64,000 nt of DNA from Octopus vulgaris. Taxonomy: Eukaryota. Under the pieces are notes generated by a model that did no database searches, was not told the DNA's origin, and saw only the letters and a list, made by a program, of their open reading frames with translations. The stretch spans positions 104,408,001 to 104,472,000 of the forward strand of contig OX597818.1 of the NCBI GenBank assembly GCA_951406725.2, written 5' to 3'. This document shows positions 56,072 through 64,000 of this stretch, piece by piece. The position numbers were made by a program, and so were the translations under genes. Position 1 is the first letter of the stretch; each line of letters begins with the position of its first letter.

Positions 56072-56466
56072 CTTTTCTACTCTAGGCACAAGGCCCGAAA
56101 TTTGGGGAAGGGGGCAGTCGATTAGATCGACCGCAATACGTAATTGGTACTTAATTTATTGACCCCGAAACGATGAAAGGCAAAGTCGATCTCAGCGGAA
56201 TTTGAACTCAGAAAGTAAAGAAAGATGAAATACCTATTTCTTTACTACTCAGAAGGGGTTAAACACAGAAAGGACAAAGAAGGACAGGCATAGGTGTGAA
56301 GTCGATTACATCGACCCCAGTGCGTAACTGGTCCTTAATTTATCGACCCCGAAAGGATGAAAGGCAAAGTCAACCTCGGCGGAATTTGAACTCACAACGT
56401 AGCGGCAGACGAAATACCGTTAAACATTTCGCCCGGCGTGCTAACGTTTCTGCCAGCTCGCTGTCT
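56072..56466 (-). mobile_element. SINE family A dimer (tailA + tailB) with TSD
   Basis: Two cores; gtaataaatatt at 56060-56071 and 56473-56484. Confidence 0.9.
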
Positions 56467-57488
56467 TGAAAGGTAATAAATATTGTAGCATTAATGTTAC
56501 TGTAAACAACACTATGGGTCACAACTGACGCGAAGATATTAACGCAGGTGTTAGGTTTCGTTTCGTTTTTTTCTCTGAGGAAGAATACAAGAAGGTCGTT
56601 TGCCAAGAGCTAACACACAACAATGCGTAATTGGCTTGGGCGTTTATGTTCACAGAGGTCTTGATTATCCCTGCAGGCCATAAGGCCATCCCCGAACTAT
56701 ATTCTGTTGTCGGAACAGCGCAAATTGCAACGTAGGCGTGCAGACATCTTAACACGTTCTTATTTCTTGCTTTATGGATATTTGAGTATCTGCTTACATT
56801 ACATATTATCGAATTAATTTGGCATACCCACGCATATTATCTATTTAACATAAAAATATCACGCAGTAATTTTCAGTTAGGGTCGCTCCTTTTCCGTGCG
56901 AATCAGGCGAGCGTTTATAGGCTCCTTCTTCGATTCCGACATTAGGGGTAGATATAAAAACAAATTCTAATTGCAACTGAGAACTGAAACTGTTCTACTC
57001 TTGAAGATTTTCTTTTTCTTTATTTTTTAATCTATTCTTTCGTTTTTCACTCATTTTAAGTTTCACTCTATAGATTTCAACGCCTTATATTAAATAATAT
57101 AGATTTATTTTGACAAGAGAAAAAGGTCATATTTGCTTTGTAACGTGGGAAGTAGATATTGTCGATATTATATTCACAGTGACTTTTACGGGTTAAAGGA
57201 CAAAAGAGAATATGAAAAATGGACGTAGTGTCGAAACAAAAAAACTGTGAAACTTATAACCTACTTATGGTCAGATAACCATCGTTTTCAATATCTTTTT
57301 TTTTTCATAAAATGTTGATTCCCCGTATTTTGATAAAATATATTTTAACTCAGCAAATATTGTTTTTGTATGATATATATATTTATATACGTACACACAC
57401 AGACGTACACACAAAGACACGCGCACACACATACATATGTATGTATATAAATATATATATACACTTATAAATAAAGATAGATATAATA

Positions 57489-57535
<47 letters not shown>

Positions 57536-57704
57536 ATATATATATATATATATATCCCCAGGCACATGTATACGACCACACACACACATATATATATATG
57601 CATATGCACATGTATATATATGTATATTATATGCATATATATGAACATGTATATATATATATGTATACATATTATATACATATATATATACATACATGTA
57701 TATA

Positions 57705-57746
<42 letters not shown>

Positions 57747-58306
57747 CGTATATATGCATATATACATATGAACACACACACACACGTATGTATATTCCCA
57801 AATGAAAACATTAGTTGTATAAAGCTATAAACTTCACTGAGATTCCTTAAATGGTTTTTTATTTTAAAATTTTATATCTACTTTACAAACAATCAAGACT
57901 TACTGTGGCTTTTGTTGATGTTGTAGTATGTCTTGTTTCTGTTTTCTTTCTTGAATAATCATTATTGTTATTATTATCAATCATCGCTATTATATTCGGT
58001 AAATTGTTATGATAATGGATTAATATTTCCAAAACAACAAAAAAATCTACTTTCTGTTTACGCAACGTAATTTTCATTTCCTTGAAAATATTTCACCTAG
58101 ATTAAATTGAACTCTGCTTGATAGCAGAGAAAAAAAATGTATGTGAGATGCACATGCGCCTCCATGTGTACACACGCACAATCTCTCATACACACACACA
58201 CACAACCACACACACACAAACACAACACACACATATACGTATGTTGTGTTAGTTTATTTGTATATGATACGTGTGTATATATACATACAAACATACATAC
58301 ACACCC

Positions 58307-58345
<39 letters not shown>

Positions 58346-58346
58346 C

Positions 58347-58472
<126 letters not shown>

Positions 58473-58474
58473 TA

Positions 58475-59650
58475 CAGGGTGCGGTGAATAAATTGTCGTC
58501 TAAAATACGCAAAAGTGAAAATAAAACTGACATCTCATTTCAACAGATATATTTACCCAAATTACATTAACATATCTTGAAATACTAAAGAGTAAATTTA
58601 TTTAATAAAATCACCATTGCCTTCAACCACGACCTTCATACTTCAGAATCTCCTGTAACTCTTCTCGGCGGTCTTCTTTAATTTGGAGAATGCTTCCATA
58701 ATCTGTGCCATTTGTTCATTTTTGGTATTACAAGAAGTTCTGTTGGTCTCTCCTTCAACAGTGTCTCACAGATAATAGTCAAGGGGTTGCAGTCTGGGGA
58801 GGTTGGTGGCCAGATGTTGGGGGTGATGCGGTCGCAGAAATTGTCTAACAGCCATGACTCGGTTCTCCTCCTTGTATGGCATGGTGCGGAATCTTGTTGC
58901 TAAACATAGGGTCATCCTGCAGCCACCATCTTAACCCAGGGCAGCGCTACCTCCTCCAGGCACTTGATGTAGGCTTCCGTGTTGAGTCTGAGGGAATGTG
59001 AATGGAGACATGACGTCACCATCACTAGTGATCACTTTAAACACCATGGCTGAATGTTTGACTTTTATCACTCTCAGTACAAGTTTTGGGAACACGGCAA
59101 GTCATAGGTTGGTCTTTGTATTCACCATCTGATCCCGGCAGGAATTCTTCTCGTTTGTAAGAAACCAAAGTATATTCTGTTGGAGAGAATATCGTAAGTT
59201 TGTTCAAAAGCTTCGTAGCGTAGACTTTCCCCTTGTCCTTGATGGCCTGGGATAAAATTGGCGCTATCTCATCTTGTATGAAAAATATTGAATGTTTTTA
59301 GGCGAAGGACCTGATTGACTTGGAAGGATCTTTGTCAATCATGGCCTGGATATCACCAACAAATTCAGGACTTCGTTTCTTATCAGAACGATCACAGTGA
59401 GTTTTCCTAGCTGCCTTAACTTTGTAATCCATATTAGACTCATCCAGCTCTTTCCGAATCCTCTGCACTGTCCTCAGATTGAAACCCAAACACTCTGAAA
59501 TGTAAAGCATTTCATTTCCAAATTTCTGGCAGAGTGAATTGCGTCTTGGTGCTGTTTTCTCACAGGCGGTACCCAACTGACCCTACTATATGGGGTAGTC
59601 GACGAAATCAAGAATAAACAATACACAAGCGTGAAATTCAAGATACAATG
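58475..59650 (-). mobile_element. Tc1/mariner-superfamily DD37D (maT-type) transposon, decayed; only one TIR recognisable
   Basis: TA|cagggtgcggtgaataaattgtcg terminus; minus-strand QQDSAPCH...IWPPTSPDCNPLDYY with 37 residues between the Ds; WFLTNEKN (first D mutated); HTH-like ORF 59298-59576; several stops. Confidence 0.88.
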
Positions 59651-60204
59651 AGTCAGAATATAAAATATAATGAGTCTGAATATAGAATATACATACATGC
59701 GAGTGTGTATTTCTGTGTGTGCTTGTGTGGCTGTGTACTTCAACACATATACATGCCAAAGTAACTTATTTCGGCTATGTATGCGTGCGTCTTCCTGTGT
59801 AATTGCCATTCTGTACATATATTTGTTTGGCATTGTATGTGCACATACGAATAAGTGTATGTGCATGAGGGCATGTGGGCGTGTGTGTTTATATGTTTAT
59901 CTGTGTGTGTGTGTCGGGACACAAAATCATAATAATTCTAACTTAGATTTTCATGTCAAACTTGATGATTGCTTTCATTTGAACAGTAAACCCTTGTGAT
60001 TATTTGGTAGCTTCATTGGAAATGTAAACTGTTTGTATTAATGATATTTTCTCTGATTCATCATTTCTTCTGACCTGAGTTGAAAGAGTTACAATGTATT
60101 TAAAATGTTACAACAACGTCTGTAGTCATAGATGTGTGTTTAAGAAATTTCCTTCACGGTATGTGGTCTGGATTTCAATCCTACTGGAATATGATGCGTA
60201 AATA

Positions 60205-60365
60205 TCAGCATGGCTATGTGGTAAGAAGCTTCCTTCGTAACCACACGGTTCCAGGTTGTCTCATTGTGAGGCACCTTGGGCAAGTATCTACTACTGTACC
60301 CTTGGGATGACTAAAGCCTTGTAGGCGGATTTAGTAGACGGAAACTGTGGAAAGCCCATCGCATG

Positions 60366-60398
<33 letters not shown>

Positions 60399-60710
60399 AT
60401 GTGTGTGTGTTTGTGTGTGTGTGTATCTGTCTGTTTGTGTGTGTGTGAAGGGGTATCTGTGTTTATGTCTTTGTGTCTGTGTTCGGCGACCCTCATCGCC
60501 ACCATCGCTCGACATTCAGTGTCGGTGTGTTTACATCCCGTTATATAGTGGTACGGCAAAAGAGGCCGGTAGACCGATAGAATAAGTACTAAGTTTCAGA
60601 AATGAGTGCTGGGGTCATTTTATTCGACTACAAACCTTCAACGTAGTGCCCTAGCATGGTTGCAGTCAAATGACTCATACAAGTACAAAAATAAAAGAAA
60701 GACAAAAGAA
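60205..60710 (+). mobile_element. SINE family B, near full length
   Basis: tggctatgtggtaagaagc...ggcaccttgggcaagt...(TG)n...cagtcaaatgact. Confidence 0.88.
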
Positions 60711-60752
60711 TAATATATAGAGTTGGCTGAAACTCTTGTGAGAGTCTTATGA

Positions 60753-60984
60753 AGGCGGCGAGCTGGCAGAAACGTTAGCACGCCGGACGAAATACTTAGT
60801 GGTATTTCGTCTGCCGCTACTTTCTGAGTTCAAATTCCGCCGGTGTCGACTTTACGTTTCATCCTTTCGGGGTCAATTAAATAAGTACTAGTTACACACT
60901 GGGGTCGATATAATCGACTTAATCCGTTTGTCTTTCCTTGCTTGTCCCGTCTATGTTTAGCCGCTTGTGGGCAATAAAGAAATA
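60753..60984 (+). mobile_element. SINE family A monomer ending in tail A, with ~15-bp TSD
   Basis: Full head; ends gtgggcaataaagaaata; tgagagtcttatgaa 60739-60753 versus tgaaagtcttgtgaa 60985-60999. Confidence 0.92.
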
Positions 60985-61387
60985 TGAAAGTCTTGTGAAT
61001 AGAACTTTGTAAAGAGAAGATATGGAAACTAGTGAGAGGAGCATTTTGTGTTCTGAGGTGGCATACTCATTCTCTTAGCAGGTTTTAATACCAACTCATG
61101 ATATTTAACAAAAACTGGCCCCAGAGTGGTTTTACCGGGTTCATCTATGAAGTAAGAATTCTTCTTTTCTTCTGTCAATCTCACAAACGCTGGAAAGAGT
61201 TTAACAATGCTATTCTTGCCCCACCCCAAATAATCCATAAGCAAAACTTTCAGACTCTTAGCATCATATGATTTTTATCCTGCTGAATTCGACTTCGCCT
61301 TGTTGTCGGCCTGAGTTCTTTCAATGTTTCTAAATCAAAAAGTATCATAAAATCACACGTCACTATCATACCTACAGCAACACTAGT

Positions 61388-61738
61388 GGAGGCGCAATTG
61401 CCCAGTGGTTAGGGCAGCAGACTCGCGGTCGGAAGATCGCAGTTTCGATTCCCAGGCCGGGCGTTGTGTCTGTTTATTGAGCGAAAACACCTAAGCTCCA
61501 CAAAGCTCCGGCAGGGGGTGGTCGCGACTCCTGTTGTACTCTTTCACTTCAACTTTTTCTCACTCTTTCTTCCTGCTTCTTGTCCCCGACTTCCCACGAA
61601 ATCGCTGAGCCTGGATGCGCATTCATCCATCCGTCGATGCTCTCGGTGTCGGGGGTTGACGGGTCTTACGAATAGCAAAGGACCACGTTTCAGACCTCAC
61701 CCACTACTGGGACGAAGACCGCTTCGCTCAACAAACAA
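61388..61738 (+). mobile_element. SINE family C with an alternative 3' body and 11-bp TSD
   Basis: Head as in 41795; acagcaacact at 61374-61384 and 61739-61749. Confidence 0.88.
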
Positions 61739-62166
61739 ACAGCAACACTCGAATTCAATGTGTGTGTTGTGTATTAGTGTGTACATAGAAGAATAAGCTT
61801 AGATGTATGAGCACGTTTTTGTATGCCTGCGTATGTGTGTGTGTGTGCGCGCGCGCGTGTGTGTAGTTGTGATTAAAACCGCAAAATGAACAATATATCT
61901 GTTAGAATGTTTGTGATGGTTGCTTTTCATATACTGCTATATTTTTGACTATTTAGTCATCAGTTCCTTAATTTCATTAAGTTATGCACGATGTTCTAAC
62001 CGAATTAATTAATCATCGGTTTTAATTTTTTTCTCAAGAACTACATTATTTCTCTATCTCTTCAATTCTTTCTTCTTATTTTCTGAAATATACGTATTTG
62101 TTGTCATGCATTATTTACAGGACGAGATGTTGAATGTCTTGTTTGTGGCATTGCGTATTTTTCACA

Positions 62167-62945
62167 AAAGCGACGAGCTGACAGAAACGTTAACACGCCG
62201 AGCGAAATGCGTAGCCATATTTCGTCTGCCGTTACGTTCTGAGTTCAAATTCCACCGAGGTCGACTTTGCCTTTCATCCTTTCGGGGTCGATTAGATAAG
62301 TACCAGTTACGCACTGGGATCGATATAATCGACTTAATCCGTTTGTCTGTTCTTGTTTGTCCTCTCTGTGTTTAGCCCTTTGTGGGTAGAAAAGAAATAG
62401 GTATTTCGTCTACCTTTACGTTCTGAGTTCAAATTCCGCAGAAGTCGACTGTGCCTTTCATCCTTTCGAGGTCGATACCTTAAGTACCAGTTACGCACTG
62501 GGGTCGATGTACTCGACTTAATCCCTTTGTTTGTCCCCTCTGTGTTTAGCCCTTTGTGGGCGATAAATAAATAAGAAACGTTAGCACACCGAGCGAAATG
62601 CTTAACGGTATTTCGTCTGCCGCTACGTTCTGAGTTCAAAATCCGCCGAATTTGACTTTGTCTTTCATCCTTTCGGGGTCGATTAAATAAGTACCAGTTA
62701 CGCACTGGGGTTGATATAATCGACTTAATCCGTTTGTCTGACCTTCTTTGTCTTCTCTATGTTTAACCCCTTCTGGGTAGTAAAGAAATAGGTATTTCGT
62801 CTGTTCAAATTCCGCCGAGGTCGACTTTGCCTTTCATCTCTTCGGGGTCGATAAATTAAGTACCAGCTGCGTACTATGGTCGATCTAATCGACTGGACCC
62901 CTTCCCAAAAATTTCAGGCCTTGTGTCTAGAGTTGAAAAGATCAT
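62167..62945 (+). mobile_element. SINE family A tetramer (three tailA units plus a terminal tailB unit)
   Basis: Four copies of gttcaaat...ctttcatc...aagtaccag; gtatttttcaca 62155-62166 versus gtatttatcaca 62946-62957. Confidence 0.9.
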
Positions 62946-63294
62946 GTATTTATCACAGAATGAGAACTGTTTCGTCAAGAAAATCCCCACATTTCCTACT
63001 ATACTAGACCAAATACTGATAAATAACATAAGCAATTCATATGAATTTGTATCAGAAACGGTGCATCATAGATTTAAAGAAAATATTTAAAACATTTCGT
63101 TTTTGTATTTGGCTTTCAAGACTCTTGATATAGGTTTTTATGCTGAAACAGATTTTGTTTTATCTTGGGTGGGTCCTATAACAATAATACACTCACGCAC
63201 CGGTTTTATTTCACTTCTTTTATTTGTTCATTACACATTTGTCTAACTATTTAATCAACTAATTAATCGATTGTCTGTTCGGTCAATCAGTCTA

Positions 63295-63356
63295 AGAGAT
63301 ATGTTTGCCCAGGCCGTTTCGTCGCAGTTAGTGACCTCATCAGTGACATGCTCTCT
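63295..63356 (-). ncRNA. Degenerate hammerhead-like motif
   Basis: Minus strand CUGAUGA-G-GUCAC-UAACU-GCGAC-GAAAC; the cleavage triplet is not intact. Confidence 0.45.
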
Positions 63357-63699
63357 CTACTCCAAGTATATTTCAGTCGTGTCTGTCTCCTGGTTTACAG
63401 GTTATGTATATATATATATTATCATGGATATCAAAATCCTATAAGTGGATTCAGTTAACACAACATGCGAAAGTGAAAGTCATTTTGAGACATTTAGCTC
63501 TTATGATATTTAATGGGAGCAGGTGATCTAACTCTTAGCAAGGTTTCTGATACAGCTAGTAGGGAAAGAAAACAATATGAATAGATCAGAAGCAGAGGAT
63601 CATGACATCGTGTTATCCCCAAATTTGAGATTTAATCTGAATATCTGCAATAAAGTGGATTACCTTAATGATGTCTTGAAGTCAGGTGATGCTGTAAAA

Positions 63700-64000
63700 C
63701 AGAGGTTCTCAAACACTTGAGCCACCCCCTCATTGACACATAATACCCTCAGCGCCGAAATCTTATTTTTATGAATAAATAAATATTTCATATTTTACTA
63801 ATTTTCATATATTATGAATCATTTGATATTTAATATAATATTATATGATTTGTATACAATGCTATAATATTATAATATATTCATAGCATCCTCCTATTCA
63901 CTGCCTTCCTCCCAAAGCCTCCTTTTTCTCTACCGCCCCCTTAGGCACCAGTGCCCACCTGGAACGTCTCAACACCCATGGGGGAGCTGTAGCGCCCACT
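63700..64000. mobile_element. Probable hAT (Charlie-like) MITE running off the window end
   Basis: Starts cagaggttctcaaac, resembling CAG(T/G)GGTTCTCAA hAT termini; GC-rich cgcccc motifs toward the end. The second TIR is not in the window. Confidence 0.55.

Noticed and set aside
61388-61465. tRNA gene
   Set aside because: The A/B boxes belong to a SINE head that continues into a repeat body and is bounded by a TSD.

Overview
AT-rich, microsatellite-saturated eukaryotic non-coding DNA, intronic or intergenic. The SINE families and (TA)n/(TACA)n/(GATA)n/(TAA)n density point to a cephalopod, most likely Octopus (inference). No intact host gene is visible: nearly all ORF-track entries are translated microsatellites, and there is only one weak candidate first coding exon (10528-10553). 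The window is a transposon landscape: three tRNA-derived SINE families, R4/Dong-type RLE LINEs clustered in (TAA)n, a Tx1-like LINE in (GATA)n, a DD34D mariner, a DD37D maT element, Helitron/Helentron derivatives, a hAT MITE and Penelope-like fold-back remnants. The most notable signals were all found and folded by eye. (1) A near-canonical type I hammerhead ribozyme at 33930-34037 inside a 242-bp inverted-repeat-bounded element, plus several degenerate hammerhead-like motifs, some with a U3-A8 core variant. (2) A possible minimal HDV-like ribozyme. (3) A modular SINE that moves as monomer, dimer or tetramer and whose internal tail matches the 3' end of the Tx1-like LINE. (4) A head-to-tail stack of four different Dong-type LINEs separated by TAA arrays.
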